From: a virus
Reading direction: 5' to 3' (one strand)
Length of the DNA: 64,000 bases
IMG/VR virus record: IMGVR_UViG_3300033998_000095
Location: 48,007 to 112,006 of that record
In this document: in pieces, positions 18,256-28,495 of the stretch
Layout: every line of letters begins with the position of its first letter
How positions within the stretch are numbered: the stretch's first letter is position 1
Notes under the pieces: model-generated
Told to the model about the DNA's origin: nothing
Database searches by the model: none
The model's input: the letters and a program-made list of their open reading frames with translations, nothing else
Program-made: the position numbers and the translations under genes

Positions 18256-19690
18256 TTCTTGTTTTTATAGCTGAAAGTTTTTCCTTCATCTTGGTAAATT
18301 CTCTTTTCATATCAGCATAAGTTTTACCATTATTTATAAAATACTGGTTAGTAATAAGTTCTACATCTTTTTTAATTTTTTCAAATTCTCTTATTTGTTC
18401 TGTTATATCTGTACCTATAGAAATAATACCAATTATGTCTTTATTAAAAAGTAATGGTGCATGTGTAAAACTGTACCAGTCATTACTATTAGTTTTAATT
18501 GTGTGTTCTATTGGTTTTCTATGTTCAAGTATTAATTTATCTATACGATACAATGCATCTACAAATTCTTTGTTATTTGCAAATATATCTTTGTAATGCT
18601 GTCCTATAATATCCATGTAAGTTAACTTAGATGTGACCAATGAGGATTCTACTAATTGTTTATTTGAGTATATTATAATACCTGTTTTGTCGTGTACAAA
18701 TAATAAGTTTGGTATTTGATCTGTAATAATCTTGAGGAGAGTATCCATTTTATAAAGCTCTTTTTGGAGGGCTATATATTCTGTTAGGTTTACAGCATGA
18801 CCTATTATTCCTTCTGCATTAATACCATCACTGCTAAGTATTGGTGCTTTATAGACACTATATGTTTCATATTTGTTTTTATTATATCCAGATTCAACAT
18901 AATTAACAGATTCTTTATTTTGAATTACTTGTTTATCTGTTTCATTAACAGTATCTGGTTTAAAGTTCTGGAGTTTATATTTCAAAAGTTTTGTATTATA
19001 AAAGTAATCATATGTTTTGTTAAGTACATCTTCACTATCTTGGGCGTCTAAAAATTCCATTACTTTTTCGTTTATATATGTATATTTACCATTAGCATCT
19101 TTTGTCCAAAGATAATCAGGTATAATATCTTGGATGGCCCTAATAAATCTGCTTTTCTGTATAACTGTGCTTAAATATAATATTTTAAAAACAGCAGAAG
19201 ATATTAATCCTGCAAATAACGCTAATGTATCAAAAAATATATCAGGCATATTGTTATTAATCTTTATAATTAATAAGGCAGTAGGTATATTAGTATACAA
19301 TATTGGGGCTATAAATAGTTTATTATTATCATCTAATGTTTGAATAGTATATTGATCATCTTTAATAGATTCAGAATTAAATAGGTTAATTATATCATTC
19401 TGAGAAATATAATCTTCTGGAATTGGAATTTCTAACTCCTTTAATAACATAGATGGATATATAACACTTTTATCTATTGGGTCGATAATAGAAGTATTAT
19501 TAAATACCAACCATATATTTTCAATATTTTCCACCATTTGTTTTAATTCATTAAATATATATAGTATATTATTTTTTAGATTAGTGATCACTGTCTCTTT
19601 AACAAAAGTTGTACTATACTTGGAAATAAGATAAAGTAATCGTATTGTTGGTACATTATTGATAAAATCATTATCGTTAATCTTACACAT
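18242..19690 (-). CDS. GAF-like + 2xPAS sensor protein without output domain
   Basis: IPDYLWTKDANGKYTYIN, IPNLLFVHDKTGIIIYSN and PAC ends (GIIGHAVNLTE, GIISIGTDITEQ). Confidence 0.8.
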   Translation of the reverse strand: MCKINDNDFINNVPTIRLLYLISKYSTTFVKETVITNLKNNILYIFNELKQMVENIENIWLVFNNTSIIDPIDKSVIYPSMLLKELEIPIPEDYISQNDIINLFNSESIKDDQYTIQTLDDNNKLFIAPILYTNIPTALLIIKINNNMPDIFFDTLALFAGLISSAVFKILYLSTVIQKSRFIRAIQDIIPDYLWTKDANGKYTYINEKVMEFLDAQDSEDVLNKTYDYFYNTKLLKYKLQNFKPDTVNETDKQVIQNKESVNYVESGYNKNKYETYSVYKAPILSSDGINAEGIIGHAVNLTEYIALQKELYKMDTLLKIITDQIPNLLFVHDKTGIIIYSNKQLVESSLVTSKLTYMDIIGQHYKDIFANNKEFVDALYRIDKLILEHRKPIEHTIKTNSNDWYSFTHAPLLFNKDIIGIISIGTDITEQIREFEKIKKDVELITNQYFINNGKTYADMKREFTKMKEKLSAIKTRNGGA

Positions 19691-19756
19691 TTATATAACC
19701 CTCCATTTTATATCTCTAACTAGATAATAAGGTAAGAATAGTAACTTATATACTTA

Positions 19757-20122
19757 TTACATATTTTGTTCTGATCTTTTATATTTGTTTCGAATAATAA
19801 TAAGATTGGGTTTAAATACTAGTGATTCACATTGTTGTAACATTTTGTTGAAAGTATATAATTTATCTAACATATCTAAACTAATATTGCTGCATCGAAA
19901 AACAATAGTAAATTGCTTATTTGGCCTGGCCATAATAACTCTAACAGTTTCAGCATATGGGTCAATAATTGAGCATATGTTGTTTATTACATTTACTATT
20001 GAATCATAACTTATATTATTTTCTAAACATAAGATGATAAGTTGATTAAACGTATCATCATCAATATTAGCTTGGATACAATCATCAGGTAATAACATGT
20101 ACTTCCTCTGTGCAGTAATCAT
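19757..20122 (-). CDS. Hypothetical protein
   Basis: ORF downstream of a consensus promoter. Confidence 0.55.
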   Translation of the reverse strand: MITAQRKYMLLPDDCIQANIDDDTFNQLIILCLENNISYDSIVNVINNICSIIDPYAETVRVIMARPNKQFTIVFRCSNISLDMLDKLYTFNKMLQQCESLVFKPNLIIIRNKYKRSEQNM

Positions 20123-20177
20123 AGTAAATTCAGTTTTAACCTCCTAAAGATATGTGAAGATATATTACATTAAAATA

Positions 20178-20206
20178 ATTATATTATACAAATTTATACA
20201 TGTCAA
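20178..20206 (-). promoter_or_regulatory. Consensus sigma70 promoter (leftward arm)
   Basis: Perfect TTGACA-17-TATAAT. Confidence 0.75.
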
Positions 20207-20209
20207 CCT

Positions 20210-21190
20210 AGTTAAATCAAACTAAGTTAACATTGTATTTGCCAATAATTATAAACTTGAGTTTATTTTGAACTAATATTAAAATAAACTAATTGGTGTA
20301 AGAAAGTTTACTAGTATATATTTTATGGTTATAATTAAAGAGTACTGTGCTTGTTTAAACTAATGTATCAAATTAATGTGAAAATTATATTATATATCAA
20401 AATTATTTTATATAATATAAAAATATATAACCTAGAAATTTTATATTATATATAATCTTTTGAGTAAAAATGAGTGAAAATCATAAATAATATAAATTTT
20501 CTTGGTGGTGAAATTATAAAAACATTGATGCTAACTGGTGTCTCCCAAATTTGAATTTTATATTATATACGTAAACGTAAATTAGAAATTTATATAATAT
20601 AAAATATTTGATATGTTAAATATAAATAATATAAATTTCCAGAACAAATGATTTTATATAATATATATTTTACCTGGCGATAATACTTTAACTTGCAGAA
20701 TTGGGTCATACCTACTTTGTGAAAACAATAGCTTGCCTATATATTTATAATATTATAATATATTATATAACCTGAGTATATTAAAATAAAATATTATAAA
20801 TACTAGTATTTTATACATAGCTAGATAATATAATAATATTAAATACTAGTACTAGATACTAGTATTATTATTATAATATTAATATTAAAATACTAAATCT
20901 AATAATTTTATTATTTTTATAACACACACACCCTAACTCTCTTTACAGAGTTAGGGTGTGTGTTATAATTATTATAATATTACTAGTGTCTAAATATATT
21001 AATATTAATATTATATTATTATTTTAATACTAATACTAATTCTTGTATTAATAATATTATTTTTAAATATACTATTCCCTAATAACTCTTTAATATATTT
21101 AATATATCGAGTGGGTGGGCTAATATCAACACCAGTTATAGGTCTAGAGACCTAATTTTGCATAAAATTAAAACACTAAAATTAAAACAC
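20210..21190. other. Putative replication origin/control region
   Basis: ~1 kb non-coding and extremely AT-rich, at the gene-orientation switch; repeated motifs and a large hairpin. Confidence 0.55.
20917..20968. repeat. Long inverted repeat
   Basis: TTATAACACACACACCCTAACTCT-ctttac-AGAGTTAGGGTGTGTGTTATAA (22 bp with a 2-nt bulge). Confidence 0.9.
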
Positions 21191-21194
21191 ACTG

Positions 21195-21294
21195 TTGACA
21201 ATTCCAAGATAAAAGGCTATGCTTTAGTAGCATCAGACCTGGTTTACAAATCTCCAAAAGGGTATTGACAGAATTAAACCAGCTGGTGTAGAAT
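21195..21294 (+). promoter_or_regulatory. Tandem sigma70 promoters (rightward arm)
   Basis: TTGACA-17-TATGCT (21195-21223) and TTGACA-18-TAGAAT (21265-21294). Confidence 0.65.
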
Positions 21295-21391
21295 TAAAAT
21301 ATCCTTGGCCAGGGGATAAGCAGTAGCACCACAAGCAGTAAAGCAAAAGCAACAAAAATTCTAAACACGAAGGAGGACATCAATCACAATC

Positions 21392-23701
21392 ATGATAAAT
21401 CAAAGATTTAGCCCAGATAAGAATGCAGTGGAGGAGGAACTGATAGAGGAGTGGATGCCTGTTGAAGGCAGCAGATGTGATTTTCAGTCTTCAACTAGGA
21501 GTTTAAAGTATTACATTGAGCACGTGATTCTTCTCAAGAAAGGCAGATACACTGGTACCATTGCTGAGTACAAGCCATTTTTCCACATGTTCATGTTCAC
21601 GATAGACAATGTGAAATTCAATGTGTACATCCCAATTGAGCATGCAGTAACCTTTGCAACAATGCTGAAGTACGTCATATCCAACAGCACAATCAACAAA
21701 GTTTTTGCATCATCAGTTACACAAGGTTGGACCATTGCACAAGATCAAAGAGATAAATCAATCATCAGGAAAGCATTTAACAAAAAAGTCATACTTGAAG
21801 TTATGCCATACATTGAGCCAGTCAGGAAGATACCTGCTTTCCTGTTCAAGTGGACAAATGGGACAACCACTTTTGACATGGTCACCACAGCAGGTGAGAT
21901 TTCAATCCTGATAGAGAGACTCAATGGATTCATCAACAACGCACCAGTATACAATGCTTTAATTAAGCAAGAGATTAGAGACAGCTACCTTGAAACTAAG
22001 CTTGAAAAGCTTGACAGCCTATATGCTATGCTACTTGAAAACAGCAAAAAAGTTGACGAACAGAGTAATAGGCTTGACAATTTCACATCCAACATCAAAC
22101 AGGAGATATCAACAGCATTCAGTGCAGCAGTTGGTTCGCTGATGGCTTATTTTATTAACACACAAAACCATTCAAATGCTTTGATTAGTCAAACTAATAC
22201 ATTAACAGGAGTGCTCACTGAAAATACAATTGGCACTATCCATGACAGTGAAAAAAATACAGAGACTGAAAGTGAGCATGATAATATTCCAGTTGAAGTT
22301 GAAATAGATACTGAGCAGTCATATGTTGACGCTAGTGAGATTAAAGAAACTCAGACAAATGAAGCTGGTGATGATGATCTAATTTCAACAGAGTTTTTAT
22401 CTGATGAAGAGATAGAACGTGAAATACAAACAATGGATAAAGATGCCTTTTTGGCTGATTTGCTCAAAGATGAGTTTAATGTTATTGGCGTAAGCAATAG
22501 TGATGTAACCAAAGAGGACATCAAATCAATTGCACAAATTGAACGTGAAGAGCTAGACAAAAATGATAAAGGACTTCATGACGATTTAGCTAAAAAGATA
22601 TCTCTAGTTAAAAATAAACCAGTTGTTGAAAATGTCCATAATTTTGAGAAGGAGATACCCTTGACAGAAGTATATCCTAAGCCCTTAATTGAATTGCTTA
22701 CTCCAGAATTAAGTGATGCTAATGTTCCTCATTCAACATTTCCTGAGGAGGTCAAAGAGTATTATTCAAGAATCAATCTTAAGAAAATCATTGAGACTAT
22801 AACCAAGGAACGTCCTAGATTAATTGATGATTCACTCTTATGCAACATGCTTGGCAATGTTTTCACCAAGAGAAATTTATCAGCAATGATGATTAATAGA
22901 GGAAACGTTGGTATACCTGCAACATCAGTACTTTATACTGCATCTTTGTTTGCAGCTGGTTATGAAGAAATGTATATGACCAAAGATAAAGATGAACGTA
23001 AACAAATTGCGTTTAAATATGGTCGCCTTGCTATGAAATCATTTCTGGAACTATATTCCAATAAAGCAGATACATCTATTGCTTCAAAGTATCATAAAGC
23101 ACTATGTGAAGATATATTTAAAGAGCAAGATGAGAAATATGTGTGGAGATTGTTTGTATTAGATAAGATGCTGGCTAAAGATAAATATGATTATAGCTAT
23201 ATTGACTTATCCCTTTCAACTTTAAAACCACAAGAGAAATACTGTCTTGTAAAAGCATTGACTGATATATATTTGCTGTTATGGTACTCTGAGGCTAAGC
23301 ATATTGCCATTGGAAGTAACACACCAGGCTTAAATATGGTAGATGCATTTACTTTGATAAATAAACCCATGTACAGATTCACCAGAATGCTAATTGTAAA
23401 TATAATAGCTAGTGCTACAACTAATGAAGAACGTAATACATTAAAATTAGCAGTGAGTGAATCAGTAGTGGCATTTGTTAAAGTATTAAAAGTACTTAAT
23501 TGGGATTTGGATGTATATAAAGATGCTGTTATAACATTACTGGGTTCTATATCCTATATTAATCAATCTGATATTAAAAATAGACCAGTTGATTCAGATG
23601 GATTCATTGAAGGTACACCTATATATGCTGGAATACCTTATGGTGATATATACTCTATTATTAAATCAACATGTGATAAGATCAAAGAGAGGTCTAGTTA
23701 A
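21392..23701 (+). CDS. Large hypothetical protein (beta-rich N domain, coiled coil, acidic linker, helical C domain)
   Basis: 769-aa ORF with strong RBS AAGGAGG; 5' part rich in C-ending codons. Confidence 0.8.
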   Translation: MINQRFSPDKNAVEEELIEEWMPVEGSRCDFQSSTRSLKYYIEHVILLKKGRYTGTIAEYKPFFHMFMFTIDNVKFNVYIPIEHAVTFATMLKYVISNSTINKVFASSVTQGWTIAQDQRDKSIIRKAFNKKVILEVMPYIEPVRKIPAFLFKWTNGTTTFDMVTTAGEISILIERLNGFINNAPVYNALIKQEIRDSYLETKLEKLDSLYAMLLENSKKVDEQSNRLDNFTSNIKQEISTAFSAAVGSLMAYFINTQNHSNALISQTNTLTGVLTENTIGTIHDSEKNTETESEHDNIPVEVEIDTEQSYVDASEIKETQTNEAGDDDLISTEFLSDEEIEREIQTMDKDAFLADLLKDEFNVIGVSNSDVTKEDIKSIAQIEREELDKNDKGLHDDLAKKISLVKNKPVVENVHNFEKEIPLTEVYPKPLIELLTPELSDANVPHSTFPEEVKEYYSRINLKKIIETITKERPRLIDDSLLCNMLGNVFTKRNLSAMMINRGNVGIPATSVLYTASLFAAGYEEMYMTKDKDERKQIAFKYGRLAMKSFLELYSNKADTSIASKYHKALCEDIFKEQDEKYVWRLFVLDKMLAKDKYDYSYIDLSLSTLKPQEKYCLVKALTDIYLLLWYSEAKHIAIGSNTPGLNMVDAFTLINKPMYRFTRMLIVNIIASATTNEERNTLKLAVSESVVAFVKVLKVLNWDLDVYKDAVITLLGSISYINQSDIKNRPVDSDGFIEGTPIYAGIPYGDIYSIIKSTCDKIKERSS

Positions 23702-23703
23702 CA

Positions 23704-24654
23704 ATGTTAAAGGAACTTATAGAATTATGGAAGAGGACTGTTATATTCACAGATAATAAAATACAATTAAGTGCCTATATCTTTGCGCCTGTTATAAAAG
23801 AACTTATAGATTATCTTTACATTAAAGATACCAGAAAGATGTATGATAAACTGTTTGAATTAGAAAAGGACAGCATCATTGATGAGTTTAGATTTGCAGA
23901 AAGCACAACAAGAGAAGATTATTTGGATTACGATAGAGACATTAAAAATATGCTTCTTGAAATTGATTGGGAACAGGTATTGTTGTTTATAGTTGATCAT
24001 TTAGATGAGTTTAAAGAAGTACTTGATAGTAATACATATAGTATATTAATTAACAAAAAAAGAATATTGGGAAAAGTAAGCAACTATAAGGAAAGCAATA
24101 AAACACCAGAACAAATAAATAGGATTAATGTTTTTCTATTAAAGGTATCAGAATATTTACCTAAGAACCATTGGTTGATATATATCCTCAAAAACCATTG
24201 GATGGGTTCTGTATTTGATTGTTTAAACAGTATTCTAATAAGTTTTGTCAAATTAAATAGTTTGATTATAGATGTTATTGATGAAGTATCCAATCTGTTA
24301 TATGAACTTGATAATAGAACTAAATTATCATCATCTAACTTACTAATATTATTAAGAAACGCATCAAAATATTATGATAAATATGCATTGGATATAATGG
24401 ATATGCTGATTGATGGAAAGACTATAAGATATATATCTAAGATATTGGAAGAAAAAGGATTAAATACCAAAGAACGTCTATTATTAACAGATGCTGTATT
24501 ATGGATAATAACAGCAGGTAGTCTTAAATCACTAAATAATGAGAAAGATAAAGATGACAATATAATTCAATTATTGAAAGTATATTATGAAAACTTTGTT
24601 TATCCTTCTGGTAAGAGGATGTTAATTGATTATCCAATAGATTTGTCTCCTTAA
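23704..24654 (+). CDS. Helical hypothetical protein, possible HTH
   Basis: DMLIDGKTIRYISKIL resembles an HTH. Confidence 0.5.
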   Translation: MLKELIELWKRTVIFTDNKIQLSAYIFAPVIKELIDYLYIKDTRKMYDKLFELEKDSIIDEFRFAESTTREDYLDYDRDIKNMLLEIDWEQVLLFIVDHLDEFKEVLDSNTYSILINKKRILGKVSNYKESNKTPEQINRINVFLLKVSEYLPKNHWLIYILKNHWMGSVFDCLNSILISFVKLNSLIIDVIDEVSNLLYELDNRTKLSSSNLLILLRNASKYYDKYALDIMDMLIDGKTIRYISKILEEKGLNTKERLLLTDAVLWIITAGSLKSLNNEKDKDDNIIQLLKVYYENFVYPSGKRMLIDYPIDLSP

Positions 24655-24739
24655 AATCTTTTATGTAATGGAAATGTATTTCCACTAGAATAATCACTAG
24701 TTATATTTTGTAATATGGTATAAGGAAAGGTAGATTAAT

Positions 24740-25885
24740 TTGTCTTATAAGAAAGTATCTAAAAGAGTTCCATATATACATACTACTTTTGGACCATTTA
24801 TAAATGCGCTTAGATCGTTCTTTAATACAAATGTTTATAAATTTAATTTTACAATGGTAGGAACAATGGATAAAGCAATTCAATTAATTTTTCAATCACA
24901 AGCTGATCCTAATGTGACATTACAGGGTCCATTAATGCCTATGATTGTATTTACTCCAAATTTAGTAGAACAGGTAAAAGAACTTGATTTTCCTTTTAGA
25001 TATACTACATATCATCCATTTCAATCTAAATGGTTTCAGCAACCATTTATTTTTCAAGATGGATCAGCATTGGATATAGTAACAAGACGTATGACTGGTA
25101 GTGTTGATATTAGAGTATTTGCACATTCTTTGATGGAAATACATGATATTCAGATGGCTTTTCTGGATGCTTTTAGAGGTTATGGAAAGTGGATAATGTT
25201 AAATCATATTAAGCAATTTTTAGTAATTGAAGATAATGTTAGATTATTTACAGATGAAGGTGTTGAGTTTTTAGATTGGTCTAAAACTAATTTAAGTAAT
25301 ATGCTAATAAGATCAATAAATAAAAATAAATATTACTTACAAGTTGATACTGATGTTCAAATTAGATTGGAGAGTTTAACAGATGCATCTGAATTTTATG
25401 GTGGTACAGGTTTAAGTGATTATGCATTAACTGGAGAATTAACATATGAAATAGAACTACCTGCATTATATAATCTGTATACTGATCTTGACATAGTAGA
25501 TTTTGATGTTAGTATATATAATGTGTTTGTTCCTAATTATAATCTAGATATACCACCAACAGCATCATTTAAATTAATTGGTATATCTAAAGAAGAACGT
25601 AATGATAGAGTTGCATATATGTATGCTGATGAAGATCGTTCTTTATCTTTAGCTCAAATATTAAACAGAACAGTATTTGAAGTAGAATTACCAGAAGCAG
25701 GAGAAATAGTACCATTAATATTACAGAGTAATGAAATGGACTTATCTAAAGATTTTATAGTTTTAATTAATGGTGATATCTTTGAGGATATAGAAGTTAT
25801 AGATAATCATACGATAAAAGTTAATTATACTAAACCAAACACTGAACCTATTGTAATAGAAGTAATGGAAATTAATAGATTTTAG
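24740..25885 (+). CDS. Tail completion/terminator-like structural protein
   Basis: Beta-rich fold pattern and location before PAAR; assignment tentative. Confidence 0.4.
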   Translation: MSYKKVSKRVPYIHTTFGPFINALRSFFNTNVYKFNFTMVGTMDKAIQLIFQSQADPNVTLQGPLMPMIVFTPNLVEQVKELDFPFRYTTYHPFQSKWFQQPFIFQDGSALDIVTRRMTGSVDIRVFAHSLMEIHDIQMAFLDAFRGYGKWIMLNHIKQFLVIEDNVRLFTDEGVEFLDWSKTNLSNMLIRSINKNKYYLQVDTDVQIRLESLTDASEFYGGTGLSDYALTGELTYEIELPALYNLYTDLDIVDFDVSIYNVFVPNYNLDIPPTASFKLIGISKEERNDRVAYMYADEDRSLSLAQILNRTVFEVELPEAGEIVPLILQSNEMDLSKDFIVLINGDIFEDIEVIDNHTIKVNYTKPNTEPIVIEVMEINRF

Positions 25886-25919
25886 AAACATTATTTTATT
25901 CTGAAAGGAGATAATAATA

Positions 25920-26237
25920 ATGCCAAAAGTTACAAGAATTGGAGACGAAGAAGAAAATACTTGTAACCCTGGTTATGATTGTTGTCCACATCATAGAGTG
26001 GGTACAAATGCTACTGGATCACCTAATGTTTTTGTTAATGGTAAGAAAGTACATAGAGTAGGTGATACTGGACCAACCAATTGTCCACATGGTGGTACAT
26101 TTGAATCAATTTCTGGATCACCCAATGTATTTGTTAATGGTAAAGCAGTTACAAGAATTGGTGATAGTACTAAGTGTAAGAAATGTGGATTAGTTGGTAA
26201 GCATATAAGTGGATCTCCAGATGTGATAGTAAATTAA
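25920..26237 (+). CDS. PAAR-family baseplate spike tip protein
   Basis: Three repeats of GSP(N/D)V(F/I)VN and (T/H)R(I/V)GD; Cys/His ligands. Confidence 0.93.
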   Translation: MPKVTRIGDEEENTCNPGYDCCPHHRVGTNATGSPNVFVNGKKVHRVGDTGPTNCPHGGTFESISGSPNVFVNGKAVTRIGDSTKCKKCGLVGKHISGSPDVIVN

Positions 26238-26271
26238 ATACTATTTTTAGTAGGGAGGTTAATTATTTATC

Positions 26272-27171
26272 ATGATTAAACCTGAAGATGTATTAAAATA
26301 TATAGATGAAATGAAAACAATAGAAGCCAAAGATGTAGAGAAACTTAAGAAGGATGTAAATAGTGATAATATTGCTTGGGTTGATAATAAACCAGCACAA
26401 GCTCCATTAGATATAAAGCAACAAGCTAATACTGATACAATTATTAGTAATAATAATATACCTACAAAGATTACAAAAGAACTACTTGATGAATATTTGC
26501 GAGACTATTATATGGAACATGTTAAACAACGAAATTCCTATCAAAAAGAAAACCTCTCTGTTACTGATTTAGTTAATTGTATAAGAATGGTTTATTTTGA
26601 TTTTGTCAATACTGAGCGTAAACGTAATTATATATATCCTTATGAAGAAATAGTTACTGAAGTGGGAAATACAATTCATTCTATCATTCAGAAAAGAATA
26701 CCATGTATTGATAAAGAAGAAAAGATAAAAATTACAGATATATTTGCTTTTCCTATTAGTTTTAGGATGGATATACATCTTAATGATAAAACTTTAATTG
26801 AAATAAAAAGTATAGATGCATTGCCAGATAAACCTAAACCAGAGCATATGAAACAAGCTATCATGTATGCATACTTTTTAAATAGATTTAAGAATTATAA
26901 TATTGATTTAGTTCAATTGTTGTATGTCAGTAGGGGTAAGATAGATATAAAAGTATTTGATATTCCTATTACTGTACAATTGCTCGATAAAGTTGATATT
27001 AGTATAAAAGAATATATCAATGATCTCAAACGACATATAGATATGAATGTACCACCACCATTAACCAACAAATATATAGACAAAAGTAAATGTTTCTTTT
27101 GTGATTATTCTTATATATGTCAAACAACATCAAATATTAGATATAAAACATATTCAGAAAAAATAAATTAA
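26272..27171 (+). CDS. Solo Cas4-like PD-(D/E)XK exonuclease
   Basis: SVTDLVNC, GNTIH, D...IEIKS, QAIMY and C-terminal CxxC-x5-C; no cas1 or array nearby. Confidence 0.85.
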   Translation: MIKPEDVLKYIDEMKTIEAKDVEKLKKDVNSDNIAWVDNKPAQAPLDIKQQANTDTIISNNNIPTKITKELLDEYLRDYYMEHVKQRNSYQKENLSVTDLVNCIRMVYFDFVNTERKRNYIYPYEEIVTEVGNTIHSIIQKRIPCIDKEEKIKITDIFAFPISFRMDIHLNDKTLIEIKSIDALPDKPKPEHMKQAIMYAYFLNRFKNYNIDLVQLLYVSRGKIDIKVFDIPITVQLLDKVDISIKEYINDLKRHIDMNVPPPLTNKYIDKSKCFFCDYSYICQTTSNIRYKTYSEKIN

Positions 27172-27186
27172 GAGGAAGGTAAATAA

Positions 27187-27816
27187 ATGTTAGATATCTT
27201 AAACTTTTATGAGAAAAACTCATTTAAAAAGATTAAAAAGCTTGATAAAGAAGATATCGATCGTAATTTAACAAAATTAGATGATAATATATTATGTTGG
27301 AATAATGAAGTGTATGTACCTAATGATAATGATATGTATGACTTGATTAAAATAAGATATTTTTATTCTAATGTTGATTTCTCCAAGTTAGATACTGATA
27401 TGATAATTATATTTAATGATAAATATGGAATATTATATAATTTATTACCTAAAGATATAACGATATGTATAGTAAATGATGATGATATGCTAAATGATGA
27501 GGATGCGATATATATTAGAGAGTTAAATGGTGTAGATGAGCAATTACTGCTTTCATGTAATGATATTGAAAATTTTTCTACTAAAAAGACTGTTATATTA
27601 TTAGATGATAATATAATAAAACTTTATGATATTCAAAATGCTAAGTATGGATTATTTATATCCAAAGTGAGTAATTTTGTAGTGTATTCTTTCTTTGATT
27701 ATGCTTTATCTATGTATTCAACTCTTGGTGAAAATAAAAAAGATGTATTTAGGATGAAAGAGATTATAACTGATGATGATTGGTGTTTAATAAAGACAGA
27801 GGTGGAAACGATTTAA
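27187..27816 (+). CDS. Hypothetical protein
   Basis: ORF with RBS. Confidence 0.6.
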   Translation: MLDILNFYEKNSFKKIKKLDKEDIDRNLTKLDDNILCWNNEVYVPNDNDMYDLIKIRYFYSNVDFSKLDTDMIIIFNDKYGILYNLLPKDITICIVNDDDMLNDEDAIYIRELNGVDEQLLLSCNDIENFSTKKTVILLDDNIIKLYDIQNAKYGLFISKVSNFVVYSFFDYALSMYSTLGENKKDVFRMKEIITDDDWCLIKTEVETI

Positions 27817-28388
27817 AGATGATTACTAACAATCCTACTTTAGAAAGTCCTATATATGGTGAAGAATCATTTTATACAGATGATTTTTTAACTGAGAAAG
27901 AAGAAAAGAGATTTATTAGAGAAGTTGAGAAAATAGTGAGAAAATCTCCAGAGTATGATAGATGGGTAAGATTTGTACATGGTGCATTAGGGACTGGATT
28001 TGTTTGTTATTTAACAGGACATACTAGTGATGAATGTAAAATTGAATTACATCATTATCCAATATCATTATATAATTATATCCAGATAGCTATATATAAT
28101 AATGACTCTTTTACTTCTTTTGATATAGCTCATCAAGTCATGAAATGGCATTTTGAAAATATGATTGGATTTATACCATTAAGCCAATCTGTTCACGAAA
28201 TGTATCATAATAATTATCTAAAGATACCTATAGATATTGTTGAAGGTGAATGGGAAGCTATATTAACAGCAGTGGATATTCCTGATAAAATAAAAGCACA
28301 AATTGATATATTAAAAACAATTACATTAGATTCTGTCAATGAAAATTGGGAAATTAGAGAAAGACAATATGATTTAAAAAATAACTAA
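27780..28388 (+). CDS. HNH-like conserved large-phage protein
   Basis: VRKSPEY, CYLTG, IELHHYP, IPLS..VHEMYH. Confidence 0.55.
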   Translation: MVFNKDRGGNDLKMITNNPTLESPIYGEESFYTDDFLTEKEEKRFIREVEKIVRKSPEYDRWVRFVHGALGTGFVCYLTGHTSDECKIELHHYPISLYNYIQIAIYNNDSFTSFDIAHQVMKWHFENMIGFIPLSQSVHEMYHNNYLKIPIDIVEGEWEAILTAVDIPDKIKAQIDILKTITLDSVNENWEIRERQYDLKNN

Positions 28389-28495
28389 TATTTTATAAAG
28401 TTAATTGATAAATATATTTTGATTGTGTTTAGAGTATAAGAAAATGTAAAATTAATTAACAAATACTATAAATGTTAAGTAAAGGAGAAGAATAA

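Noticed and set aside
20931-20960. Telomere-like TTAGGG/CCCTAA
   Set aside because: Single copy, part of an inverted repeat.
23704-24654. Late sigma factor (gp55-like)
   Set aside because: Only a weak HTH-like stretch; no recognisable region 2.
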